Positions 1-9,215 of a DNA stretch of 60,088 nt are shown here, piece after piece. Position 1 is the first letter of the stretch, and the number at the start of each line of letters is the position of its first letter. Source of the stretch: an uncultured Oscillochloris sp. (GTDB taxonomy: Bacteria; Chloroflexota; Chloroflexia; Chloroflexales; Chloroflexaceae); contig CAISPW010000267.1 in assembly GCA_903887465.1 (NCBI GenBank), forward strand, positions 1 to 60,088, written 5' to 3'. A program made the translations under genes and the position numbers. The notes under the pieces were generated by a model. It saw nothing but the letters and a program-made list of their open reading frames with translations. It ran no database searches and was not told where the DNA came from.

Positions 1-277
1 CCGGTGCTCTCCGGCTAAAGCCTCGACTCCATGCGACAACTTTCATAGGATTGCGATACGCTCCTGCGGCGCTGCTATTTTGTAATGATTACCCCCACCT
101 CCGAGCGTGCAATGGCGAGCGTCTTTGATATATGTAGGCGTGAGTTGGCCCAGTGAGGATGCGGGATAGCTATCTGGCGTGCTACATAGCTTGAGCAGCT
201 ATGCAGCACGGGGCAACAGGAACAGGCGATTTTGCTTGTTGGCCCATTTATCAGGGCTGTGGTGTTGTTTCGGCTCC

Positions 278-532
278 CGCAGCATCGGCGTCCTGCTGAT
301 CCAGCAGCCAATCGTGCAGCACATTGATCACTTCCTGATCACCCCGCAGCGCTTCGGAGCCGTGCGCGACGAACTGGCCAATTTGGCCTGCGCCGCTGGC
401 CCCGGCTTTGAGCCAACCCTGGCCTGGCAAACATTGATGCGCTGGCTGTTCTACTTTCTGCCCACGCGCTACACCCGGCTGCCCTCACGTCACTCCGAAG
501 TGGTGGGACGGGCAACCCGTAGCGACCGGTAG
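278..532 (+). pseudogene. Possible 3' fragment of an unknown gene
   Basis: Codons are strongly GC3-biased from ~280 to the TAG at 532. The upstream part of the ORF is lower-GC, with no convincing start or RBS. Confidence 0.3.
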
Positions 533-625
533 CGAAGCCGCCGCGCCTTGACATCTTCGCCCCGAGCCTCTACCATTGAGCATCGGCGACCCAGGCGTTC
601 GCCAGGATTCGAGGGGAAGACCATC

Positions 626-2857
626 ATGGCCGAAGAACTTCTCAGCGGGCTGAATCCCGCCCAGCGCCGCGCCGTCGAGGCGATTGACGGGCCGGTGCTG
701 GTGCTGGCCGGGCCGGGCAGCGGCAAAACCCGCGTGCTCACCCACCGTATCGCCCACATGATCCGCACGGTCGGCGTCGATCCCTACCGTATTCTGGCCG
801 TCACCTTCACCAACAAAGCTTCCCGCGAGATGAGGGAACGCCTCGACATTCTGGTCGGCCCCAACGACGCCCGTGCGCTGACCGCCGGCACCTTCCACAG
901 CCTGTGTGCGCGCTTCCTGCGCCGTGAGATCGTCCACCTTGGGCGCGGACGTGACTTCACGATCTACGACAGCGATGACCAAGAGCGGCTGATGCGCCGT
1001 GTCCTGCGGGAACTGAACCTCGACGAGAAGCAGAACCCGCCGCGCGCCATGCTCGGGCGCATCTCCAGTGCCAAGAACGAACTGGTCTCGCCCGACGATT
1101 TCGCCCGCCTCAGTCACACCTACGCCGCCGAGATCACCGCGCGCTGCTACGCGCACTACCAGCAACTGCTGCACGAGAGCAACGCCCTCGACTTCGACGA
1201 CCTGCTGGTCGAGATGGTCCACATCTTCGCGCAGTTCCCCGAGGTGCTGGAGAAATACCAGAAGCGCTACGAGTACCTGCTGGTGGACGAGTACCAGGAC
1301 ACCAACAAGGTGCAATACACGCTGGTGCAGAACCTCGCCGGTGCGCGGCGGAATTTGTTCGCCGTGGGCGATGAAGATCAGTCGGTGTACGGCTTTCGCG
1401 GTGCCGACATCCGCAACATCCTCCGGTTCGAGCAAGACTACCCCGACGCCCAGGTGATCATGCTGGAGCAGAACTACCGCAGCACCCAGGCCATCCTCGA
1501 CGCGGCCCAGGCGGTGATCGCCGGGGGCGGCAAAAAGAAGCACCTGAAGAAGCTGTGGACGCAGAACGGGGCCGGGCTTCAGGTGAGCCTGCACGAGGGT
1601 TACGACCAGAGCGAAGAGGCCAAGTTTGTCGTCGACGAGATTGCGCGCCTGGTGGCATCCGGCGACTACCGCTACCGCGACTGCGCGGTGATGTACCGAA
1701 TCAACGCCCAATCTCGCGCCCTGGAAGAGGCGCTCATCCCACGCGGCGTACCCTACCAGATCGTCGGCGGCCCCCGCTTCTACGAACGCAAAGAGATCAA
1801 AGACGTATTGGCCTACCTGCACCTAGCCTATAACCCCTACGACCGCCTTAGGCTAGGGCGAGTGCTGAACTGGCCTGGCCGGGGCATTGGCGAGCGCAGC
1901 GAGTCCGAGTTGCAGCGCTGGGCCATCGAGCTAGGCGTACCGCCCTTCCAGGCATTACGCGAGCTGGAAGATCTGCCCTCGCCGTTCAGCGCGCGGGCCA
2001 AAAACGCCCTGCTCAGCTTCCTGGCGATCATCGACGAACTGATCGTGGCGCAATCCAAACTGCCGCTGACCGAGCTGATCGACATGATCCTGGGCCGCCT
2101 GGAAGTACGCGAGACCCTCGTGCGTGAGTACGGCGCTGAGGAGGGCGACGACCGCTGGCGCAACGTCCAGGAGCTGCGCAACGTAGCGACCGAATACAGC
2201 GGCCTGCCGATCGAAGCCCAGTTGCCGACATGCCTGGAGGAGATCGCACTGGTGGCCGAGGTAGACAAGATGGACGGCAAGGCCGACGCGATGACCTGCA
2301 TCACCCTGCACCAAGCCAAGGGGCTAGAGTACCCCGTAGTCTTCCTGGTTGGCCTGGAGGAAGGGCTGCTGCCGCACAGCCGCTCCAGCGACGACCCCGA
2401 GAAAGTCGAGGAAGAGCGTCGGCTGCTCTACGTCGGCATGACCAGAGCGCGCCAGCGGCTCTACCTATGCCACGCCTTCCGCCGGTTGAGCTTCGGGAGG
2501 GTAAACATCAGCACGCGCACACGCTTCCTGGCCGACATCCCGGCGGCGCTGCTCAAACAAACGAAGAAACGCGCCCCGACGACGGCATCTTCGCAGACGA
2601 ACAACATGTTCACCGGACGCGGCGGCTACGGCGGCGCGCCGCCGCGCGGCCCCACGGCTACGAAAGATCTCCCGCCGCGCCCGGTCGCCCCCGCCGAAGT
2701 GAGCTTCTTTATCGGCCAGCCCGTGTGCCACGCCACCTTCGGCGAAGGCGTGGTGATGGGCAGCCGCTTGGTTGACGGCGACGAGGAGGTAATGGTCAGC
2801 TTCGCGGACAAGCAGCGCAAGCTGCTGGCGAGCTTCGCCCGGCTAGAGAAGCTGTGA
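626..2857 (+). CDS. pcrA: ATP-dependent DNA helicase PcrA/UvrD
   Basis: Motifs LAGPGSGKT, VTFTNKA, LVDEYQD, VGDEDQSVYGFRGA, LEQNYRST, TLHQAKGLEY and EERRLLYVGMTRA. C-terminal Tudor-like HATFGEG. ATG at 626 follows GAGGGG. Confidence 0.95.
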   Translation: MAEELLSGLNPAQRRAVEAIDGPVLVLAGPGSGKTRVLTHRIAHMIRTVGVDPYRILAVTFTNKASREMRERLDILVGPNDARALTAGTFHSLCARFLRREIVHLGRGRDFTIYDSDDQERLMRRVLRELNLDEKQNPPRAMLGRISSAKNELVSPDDFARLSHTYAAEITARCYAHYQQLLHESNALDFDDLLVEMVHIFAQFPEVLEKYQKRYEYLLVDEYQDTNKVQYTLVQNLAGARRNLFAVGDEDQSVYGFRGADIRNILRFEQDYPDAQVIMLEQNYRSTQAILDAAQAVIAGGGKKKHLKKLWTQNGAGLQVSLHEGYDQSEEAKFVVDEIARLVASGDYRYRDCAVMYRINAQSRALEEALIPRGVPYQIVGGPRFYERKEIKDVLAYLHLAYNPYDRLRLGRVLNWPGRGIGERSESELQRWAIELGVPPFQALRELEDLPSPFSARAKNALLSFLAIIDELIVAQSKLPLTELIDMILGRLEVRETLVREYGAEEGDDRWRNVQELRNVATEYSGLPIEAQLPTCLEEIALVAEVDKMDGKADAMTCITLHQAKGLEYPVVFLVGLEEGLLPHSRSSDDPEKVEEERRLLYVGMTRARQRLYLCHAFRRLSFGRVNISTRTRFLADIPAALLKQTKKRAPTTASSQTNNMFTGRGGYGGAPPRGPTATKDLPPRPVAPAEVSFFIGQPVCHATFGEGVVMGSRLVDGDEEVMVSFADKQRKLLASFARLEKL

Positions 2858-3739
2858 TCGCGGACGGCGCAACTGCTCCACCAGAAACTCGCGCAGCGCC
2901 CGCGCCGCCGGCGAGGCCACCCGGTCGCCCCGCCAGACCACACCGAGCGACCGGTTGAGCTTCTGGTCGGAGACGCGCAGCGCCACCAGATCGGTGGCCC
3001 CCTGCACCGCCAGGCGCGGCACCAGGGCGATCCCCACCCCGGCAGCCACGAAGCGCAGCAGGGTATCCGTCTCTCCGCCATCGAGTACCACCCGAGGGCT
3101 GAACCCAGCCCGCTCGCAGGCCACCAGAGCCGCCTCGCGCAGCTCGTAGTTCTCTGGCGAGAGGACCCATGGCTCGCCCTGGAGTTCGCTGATCGTCACC
3201 TCGCTCCGCCCGGCCATAGGATGGCCGAGCCACACCGCGATCACCATCTCCTCGGTGAAGATCGGCACCACGGTGAGGTTCTCGTCATCGACCGGCAGCG
3301 TCACCACGGCAACATCAGTCAGCCCGGTCTCCAGCAGGTCGAGCAGCGTCTGCACGCCGGCCTCGTGGAGTCGCAACTCGATGCCGGGATAGCGCTTATT
3401 GAAGGTTGCCAGCACCGTCGGCAGCAGTTGGGTACCCACGGTGGGCGGCGCACCGACGGTAGCCCGCCCCTTGCGCAGCCCGATCCGCTCCGCCATCTCG
3501 GCGCGGGCGGCCTCGACCTGCGCCATCACCGCGCGCGCGTGGGGCAGCAGCGACTCGCCCGCCTCGGTCAGCCGTACGTTCCTCCCGACCCGGTCGAACA
3601 GCGCGACCCCCAGCTCGTGTTCAAGCTGGCTGATTTGCTTGCTCAGGGCCGGCTGGGCGATGTGTAGCTCGGCAGCCGCTCTGGTGACGTGAGAGTGGCG
3701 GGCCACTGCCTCAAAGTAGCGCAGGTGTCGCAGTTCCAT
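2843..3739 (-). CDS. LysR-family transcriptional regulator
   Basis: N-terminal HTH (LRYFEAVA...TRAAAELHIAQPALSKQISQLEHELG) plus substrate-binding domain. Overlaps the pcrA 3' end by 15 bp. Confidence 0.93.
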   Translation of the reverse strand: MELRHLRYFEAVARHSHVTRAAAELHIAQPALSKQISQLEHELGVALFDRVGRNVRLTEAGESLLPHARAVMAQVEAARAEMAERIGLRKGRATVGAPPTVGTQLLPTVLATFNKRYPGIELRLHEAGVQTLLDLLETGLTDVAVVTLPVDDENLTVVPIFTEEMVIAVWLGHPMAGRSEVTISELQGEPWVLSPENYELREAALVACERAGFSPRVVLDGGETDTLLRFVAAGVGIALVPRLAVQGATDLVALRVSDQKLNRSLGVVWRGDRVASPAARALREFLVEQLRRPRSQLL

Positions 3740-3830
3740 AAATTCCTACAGCGGCGCTGCTCGCACCGCATTGGGCGGCGTCCGCCGCGAGCGCACGTCC
3801 CTCAAGTATAGCAGATCGGTGAGATCTGCG

Positions 3831-3839
3831 TGCTATAAT
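3831..3839 (+). promoter_or_regulatory. Extended -10 promoter (TGnTATAAT)
   Basis: TGCTATAAT lies 50 bp upstream of the ATG at 3889. Confidence 0.6.
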
Positions 3840-3888
3840 GGGCCGCACGTCATTTTAGGCAGCGTGCGTCATATCCAGAGGTTCCCGC

Positions 3889-5298
3889 ATGTATCGCCCC
3901 GCCGTACTAATCATCGCCCTGCTAGCCCTCGCTGTTCTGCTCGTCCCTGCGGCCCCGCCCGCCGTCGCCGCGCCGGCCGCCCAGCAAAGCGACGCCTTCG
4001 CCTTCTATCCGCAAACCGGCCACAACGTCGGGATGCAGATCAAGCAGTACTTCGATGCCAACGGCGGCCTCGATGTCTTCGGCCTGCCGCTCACCGAGCT
4101 CTTCGCCGACGGCAGCGGCCTTCAGGTGCAGTACTTCGAGCGCGCCCGCTTCGAGCTGAACCCCACCGTCGCGCCCGCGCAGCGCCTTGGCCTCACGCGC
4201 CTGGGTGCCATCCTCACTGCGGGCCGCAGCGAGCCCGCCTTTGCCTGGCTCGCCGCCGCGCCCGATCCGGCGCGCAGCTTCTTCACCCAATCCGGCCACT
4301 CGCTCGGCGGAGCCTTCGGCTGGTTCTGGCAGACCCACAACGGCCTCAGCGTCTTCGGCTACCCAATCTCCGAGGAGTTCCAGGAATGGAACGAGACCGC
4401 CGGCCAAGTCTACCTGGTTCAGTACTTCGAGCGGGCCCGCTTCGAGTACCACCCGGAGAACGTCGGCACGCCCTACGAGGTGCTGATCGGCTCCCTCGGT
4501 CGCCAGATCCTTGACCGCGACCCGTCTGCGGTGGCCGCCCTCGCCCCGGCGCACCCCGTCGAACTGCTCGGCCAGGCCAGCACCGGATTCTCCACCTCCG
4601 CCAGCGAGCGTATCACCAACATCACCCGCGCCTCGGAGATGATTGACGGCTACGTGGTACCGCCGGGCACCGAGTTCTCCTTCGCCGGCGTCGGCGACTT
4701 CTCCGAGGCCAACGGATTTGTCGATGGCTACGCGATTGTCTCCGGTCGTATCGAGAAGGTCGTCGGCGGCGGGCTCTGCCAGGTTTCCACCACCCTCTTT
4801 CGTGCGGTTTCCAACGCCGGTCTCCAGGTGACCCGCCGCATCGGCCACAGCCACGTGGTCTTCTTCTACGAAAATATCCTCGGCTTCGACGCCACCGTCT
4901 ACACGCCTGACGTCGACTTTCGCTGGCGCAACGATAGCCCCAGCCCGATCTATATCGCCGGTACGGTAGATCTCAGCACCTCGCGGATGACCTTCCAGCT
5001 CTGGGGTCTCAGCGATGGCCGGACGGTCGCCTACGATGGTCCCTACCCGAAGAACTGGACAAAGCCCAGCCTGCCGACATGGCAATTTGATCCGACCCTG
5101 CCCAAGGGCGCGGTGCGCCAACTCGTCCACGGTCGCTCCGGCGTCGATGTGAACTACTACCGTACCGTCACGTTCGCCGACGGCCGCACCCGCCGCGACA
5201 CCTACTACACGCATTACACGCCCTGGGAGGACTTCTTCATCTACGGCCCCGGCGTCACCCCGCCCAGCAACGTCCAGGTCGTCCCGCCTAAGCCGTAA
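3889..5298 (+). CDS. Exported VanW-family protein with two Chloroflexi-type YFERARFE repeat domains
   Basis: Signal peptide, two FGxPxxE...QYFERARFE repeats, VanW motif GGGLCQVSTTLF and a G5-like tail. Confidence 0.85.
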   Translation: MYRPAVLIIALLALAVLLVPAAPPAVAAPAAQQSDAFAFYPQTGHNVGMQIKQYFDANGGLDVFGLPLTELFADGSGLQVQYFERARFELNPTVAPAQRLGLTRLGAILTAGRSEPAFAWLAAAPDPARSFFTQSGHSLGGAFGWFWQTHNGLSVFGYPISEEFQEWNETAGQVYLVQYFERARFEYHPENVGTPYEVLIGSLGRQILDRDPSAVAALAPAHPVELLGQASTGFSTSASERITNITRASEMIDGYVVPPGTEFSFAGVGDFSEANGFVDGYAIVSGRIEKVVGGGLCQVSTTLFRAVSNAGLQVTRRIGHSHVVFFYENILGFDATVYTPDVDFRWRNDSPSPIYIAGTVDLSTSRMTFQLWGLSDGRTVAYDGPYPKNWTKPSLPTWQFDPTLPKGAVRQLVHGRSGVDVNYYRTVTFADGRTRRDTYYTHYTPWEDFFIYGPGVTPPSNVQVVPPKP

Positions 5299-5310
5299 GG
5301 AATCTCCGCG

Positions 5311-6357
5311 ATGAGCGTCGATCTCTACCCGCTGTTTACCGGGCACAAGATCATCGAGCCGATCTGGGGCGGCCATCGCCTGGCAGATTGGCTCGATCTC
5401 CCCCCGCCCCGCCCCGTCCGCCTCGGTGAGATGTGGCAGGCATATGATGTAAACCCCGTGATCAACGGCCCGCTGGCCGGCTGTAGCCTGGCCGAACTGG
5501 CCCGCGCGTATGGCCCCGACCTGCTGGGCCGCCGCAGCTTCGCCCGCTTCGGGGCCGATTTCCCGCTGCTGGCCAAGCTTATCGATGCCGCCGACCGGCT
5601 CTCCATCCAGGTTCACCCCGATGATACCTACGCCTACACGCACGAGGCCGCCACCGGCTTCCATGGCAAAACCGAGGCGTGGTATATCCTCGATGCCGTT
5701 CCCGGCGCTGATGTGATCTACGGACTCCGCCGCCCCAGCGACCGGGCCACCTTCGCCGCCGCCGTGCGCGACGGCGGCCTGGAGGATCTGCTCCAGCGTA
5801 TCCCGGTCGCCCCCGGCGATGTGATCTTCGTCCCGGCCGGCACCATCCACGCGATCAACGCCGGGATCATGCTCTTCGAGATCCAGCAGAAGTCCGACCT
5901 GACCTACCGTGTCTACGACTACAACCGCCACGATGTCAAGACCGGTCGGCTGCGCGAGTTGCACCTGGAGAAGGCTCTCGATGTCAGCGACTTCGGCCCA
6001 GTTTGCCACGGCAAATCCTTTGCCCTGGCCCTGGCCTCCGGGCGTGATCTGCTGGTCGCCTGCCCCTACTTTGCCCTGGAGCGCTGGCAGATAGCGGGCG
6101 AGGTCATCCTGGACGACCAGGGCAGCTTCGAGATCCTGACCCTGATCGACGGCGGATGCCAGCTCATGTGGCCCGGCGGCAGCATCTCGCTTGGCCGGGG
6201 CAACTCCGTCGTTCTTCCCGCGAGCTTAGGCGTCTGCGCTCTCGTCGGTGCCGCCACCCTGCTCCGCGTCTATATGCCCGACCTGCACTCCCTCGCGGCA
6301 CGCTTGCGCGCCGCCGGACACCCCGACGATCTGATCTCCGCCGCGCTGCATCCGTAA
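5311..6357 (+). CDS. manA: Class I mannose-6-phosphate isomerase
   Basis: Motifs IWGG, FPLLAKLIDA, LSIQVHPDD, GKTEAWY, PAGTIHA and EIQQKSDLTYRVYDY. Confidence 0.92.
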   Translation: MSVDLYPLFTGHKIIEPIWGGHRLADWLDLPPPRPVRLGEMWQAYDVNPVINGPLAGCSLAELARAYGPDLLGRRSFARFGADFPLLAKLIDAADRLSIQVHPDDTYAYTHEAATGFHGKTEAWYILDAVPGADVIYGLRRPSDRATFAAAVRDGGLEDLLQRIPVAPGDVIFVPAGTIHAINAGIMLFEIQQKSDLTYRVYDYNRHDVKTGRLRELHLEKALDVSDFGPVCHGKSFALALASGRDLLVACPYFALERWQIAGEVILDDQGSFEILTLIDGGCQLMWPGGSISLGRGNSVVLPASLGVCALVGAATLLRVYMPDLHSLAARLRAAGHPDDLISAALHP

Positions 6358-6407
6358 GGGGAGGAGGTTTCAGGGAAGGCTTTGCCTTCCCTGAAACCTC
6401 CTCCCCT
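6357..6407. repeat. Perfect 24-bp-stem palindrome
   Basis: aggggaggaggtttcagggaaggc-ttt-gccttccctgaaacctcctcccct, between manA and rsmE. Confidence 0.85.
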
Positions 6408-6414
6408 CCATGAT

Positions 6415-7152
6415 ATGAAAAACACCTACCGATTTTTCGTGTCGCCCGCATCCTTTAGCGGCGACTCCGTGCGCGTGCCCGACGCCGAGCTGGCCCGTCA
6501 GCTCGGCCGGGTGCTGCGCCTGAACCCTGGCGACCGCGTGCTTATGCTGGATGGCGAGGGCGATGCCTGCGAGGTTGAGCTGACGGAGCTGGGGCGCGAT
6601 CTCGTGGCCGGTCGGGTGCTGCACCGCACGCCCGCCGTCGAACCCGCGCTCGACCTGACGGTCTATGTCGCCCTGCTGCGCCCCGAGCGCTTCGAGTGGG
6701 TGCTGCAGAAAGGCACCGAGCTAGGCGTGCGCCGCTTTGTGCCCGTCCACTTCGCCCGCTCCCTGCCGACCGACCGCGCCGACGGGCGCAAGGCCGAGCG
6801 CTGGCAGCGGATCATTCGCGAGGCCGCCGAGCAGGCATGTCGCGGTCGCCTGCCCGAACTGGCCGCGCCCCTCGGCTTCGCCGACGCATGCGCGGCGGCC
6901 TGTGGTGCCGCCCTGCCGATCATCCTCTGGGAGGGCCAGGCTCCGCATCTACGCGAGCTGCTGCGCCGCCCCGGCCCGCCGCCGCCAACGGTCGCCATCC
7001 TCTCCGGCCCCGAGGGCGGCATCGCCCACGAGGAACTGACCGCCGCCACCGCGTGTGGCATCATGCCCGCGTCCCTTGGGTCACGCATTTTGCGCGCCGA
7101 AACCGCCCCCATCGCCGCAGCGGCGGCCATCTGCTACGAACTCGACCAATAA
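6415..7152 (+). CDS. rsmE: 16S rRNA m3U1498 methyltransferase
   Basis: Motifs RVLRL, QKGTELGV, EAAEQA, GPEGG and LGSRILRAETA. Confidence 0.93.
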   Translation: MKNTYRFFVSPASFSGDSVRVPDAELARQLGRVLRLNPGDRVLMLDGEGDACEVELTELGRDLVAGRVLHRTPAVEPALDLTVYVALLRPERFEWVLQKGTELGVRRFVPVHFARSLPTDRADGRKAERWQRIIREAAEQACRGRLPELAAPLGFADACAAACGAALPIILWEGQAPHLRELLRRPGPPPPTVAILSGPEGGIAHEELTAATACGIMPASLGSRILRAETAPIAAAAAICYELDQ

Positions 7153-7184
7153 CCCGCCACCCTGTCACCCCGTCAGGAATCTCC

Positions 7185-8486
7185 ATGGTACGTACCAGCC
7201 GCGCCGTCATCTACGCTGCCCTGTCCGCCCTGCTGATCGGTGTGATCACCTTCTTCGGTGGCTGGCTCACCGCGCGTGCCGTCGGCAGTTCGCCCATCGA
7301 CACCTTCTTCTCCAGCGTGGCCAGCAGCGGTGCCCGCGCGCAGACCCCGGCCGACGCCCGCACGCAGTTCGCCGTCTTCTGGGATGTCTGGGATCTGGTG
7401 CAGAGCGAGTTCTACCATCAGGCTCCCCTTGATGGCCAGAAGCTCGCCTACGGCGCGATCAAGGGCATGCTCGCGGCCCTCGATGATCAGTACACGACAT
7501 TTCAGGAACCTGACCTGGCCGCCCAGAGCCGCGAGTCGATGCAGGGGTCATTTGAGGGTATCGGTGCCTTCCTGCGCGTGGCCAGCGGCGAGATCGTGAT
7601 CGACCGCCCGATCAAGGGGTCGCCAGCCATCAAGGCCGGGGTTCAGGCGGGCGACGTGATTGTCGCGGTGGACGGCGAGTCCCTGGCACCACTGATTGTC
7701 GGCCTCAGCGACGCCGACGCTACCGCGAAGGCGGCCGCGAAGATTCGCGGCCCCAAGGGCAGCCGCGTCACCCTCAGCATCCGCCGGGCGCCGGACGCGC
7801 CGCCCTTCGTGGTAACGATCACCCGCGACGAGGTGCCGATCATCAGCGTCAACGCCCAGATGCTCGACAACGGGGTGGCCTATATTCAGATTACCGAGTT
7901 TAAGGCCACCACCACCCAACTCCTCGACGATGCGCTGCGCGAGATCGTCCCACAGCAGCCGCGCGGCATCGTCCTCGACCTGCGCAACAACCCGGGCGGA
8001 TACCTCACCATCGCCCAAGAGGTACTCGGTCGGTTTTACGACGGGGTCGCGCTCTACGAAGAGGAGAATGACGGCGTCGTCAAGGAACTGAAGACCATCG
8101 CCGGGCCGACCGACCTGCGCCTCTATGGTCTGCCCATGGTGGTGCTGATCAACGCCGGGTCGGCCAGCGCGTCCGAGATCGTCGCCGGTGCCCTGCGTGA
8201 TGTGCGGCCAAACACGAGCCTGCTTGGCGAGAAGAGCTTCGGCAAGGGGTCGGTGCAGAATATCCACCAGATGCGTGACGGCAGCAGCGCGCGGATCACC
8301 ATCGCGCACTGGCTTACCCCCAACCGCTCGGCAATCCACAAGGTCGGCATCACACCGCAGTACGAGGTCCTCGCCTCGGACGCGGCCCAGTACGCCGTGC
8401 CCTGTGTGGCCGACCGCCGCCCGCCCGAGGGCCGCAAGGAATGCGGCGACGCCCAGTTGCTCAAGGGTCTGCGCCTGCTGAAGTAG
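7185..8486 (+). CDS. ctpA: S41 carboxy-terminal processing protease (PDZ)
   Basis: N-terminal TM helix, FEGIGA PDZ, DLRNNPGG, SASASEIVAGAL and SFGKGSVQ. Confidence 0.92.
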   Translation: MVRTSRAVIYAALSALLIGVITFFGGWLTARAVGSSPIDTFFSSVASSGARAQTPADARTQFAVFWDVWDLVQSEFYHQAPLDGQKLAYGAIKGMLAALDDQYTTFQEPDLAAQSRESMQGSFEGIGAFLRVASGEIVIDRPIKGSPAIKAGVQAGDVIVAVDGESLAPLIVGLSDADATAKAAAKIRGPKGSRVTLSIRRAPDAPPFVVTITRDEVPIISVNAQMLDNGVAYIQITEFKATTTQLLDDALREIVPQQPRGIVLDLRNNPGGYLTIAQEVLGRFYDGVALYEEENDGVVKELKTIAGPTDLRLYGLPMVVLINAGSASASEIVAGALRDVRPNTSLLGEKSFGKGSVQNIHQMRDGSSARITIAHWLTPNRSAIHKVGITPQYEVLASDAAQYAVPCVADRRPPEGRKECGDAQLLKGLRLLK

Positions 8487-8513
8487 TGCCGTCGCCTGGG
8501 GGCCACAAGTCCT

Positions 8514-8665
8514 CAGAATTATGCCACGTCCTTGGGGCTGCGCCCCAGGCCGCGCTTTTGGGTGGTTTTTGGCGGCGAAGCCACCAAAAACCACCCAAAA
8601 AAGATCCTTCGGGGCTGGCAAAGCCGCCCCCAACCCCCCGCCGGAGGCGCGTGGCAACCGCCCTG
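8514..8665 (+). mobile_element. MITE-like structured repeat, family A copy 1
   Basis: ggggctgcgcccc hairpin, long GAA-loop hairpin, C-rich tail and end gcaaccgccctg. Homologous to 8975-9135. Confidence 0.7.
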
Positions 8666-8667
8666 TA

Positions 8668-8709
8668 CACACACGTGCCCGCCTGGTGTTCCAGGCGGGC
8701 ACGTGTGTG
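8668..8709. terminator. Perfect 19-bp hairpin, possible terminator or 3' end structure
   Basis: cacacacgtgcccgcctgg-tgtt-ccaggcgggcacgtgtgtg. No U-tract. Confidence 0.45.
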
Positions 8710-8740
8710 AAGCTGAGGACGCCGTTTGCGCGGCACAAAC

Positions 8741-8891
8741 GGGGTATGTCCGAGGGAGCCCCGCAAGAACGCGAGGCCGTAGGATTTGAAGAGGAGACCC
8801 TGCGTTCTCACACGTCAGCGAAGAACCCGTGGTCGTGAGCAGCGAACCACGGTCACGCTGGAATTCGACGGTCGACGCCCTCGGCCTCACC
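8741..8891 (-). ncRNA. ssrS: Candidate 6S RNA-like ncRNA
   Basis: TATACT -10 box at 8901-8896 on the minus strand. Hand-folding gives a long irregular rod with a 12/13-nt central bubble and a terminal stem-loop. Confidence 0.5.
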
Positions 8892-8974
8892 ACTTAGTAT
8901 AGCGATTCGGCGGCTACATTGTGAGAAGAGCCCTTCACCGTGAGTTATTGTATGTCTACGTCCTGGGCGACAGG

Positions 8975-9135
8975 CAGGGCTGGTGCAAAGTCACTGGGGC
9001 TGCGCCCCGCCCCAGACCGCGCTTTTTGGGGATGTTTGGCGGCGAAGTCGCCAAACATCCCCAAAAAAAAGATCGTTCGGGGATAGTGAAGCCACCCCCA
9101 ACCCCCCCGCCAGAGGCGACGTTGCACCAGCCCTG
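8975..9135 (+). mobile_element. MITE-like structured repeat, family A copy 2 (most complete)
   Basis: Perfect 14-bp TIR cagggctggtgcaa/ttgcaccagccctg. Flanking 10-mers gggcgacagg and gggcaacaag match at 8/10. Confidence 0.8.
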
Positions 9136-9215
9136 GGGCAACAAGTTGTACGATAGGTGTACGTAACTACCTAGTGGTACACTCATCTAGGATAGAGAGA
9201 GAGGGAAGACATACT

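Noticed and set aside
8741-8891. SRP RNA, tmRNA or tRNA
   Set aside because: No CAGG-GRAA-AGCA SRP motif, tRNA-like ends or T-arm.
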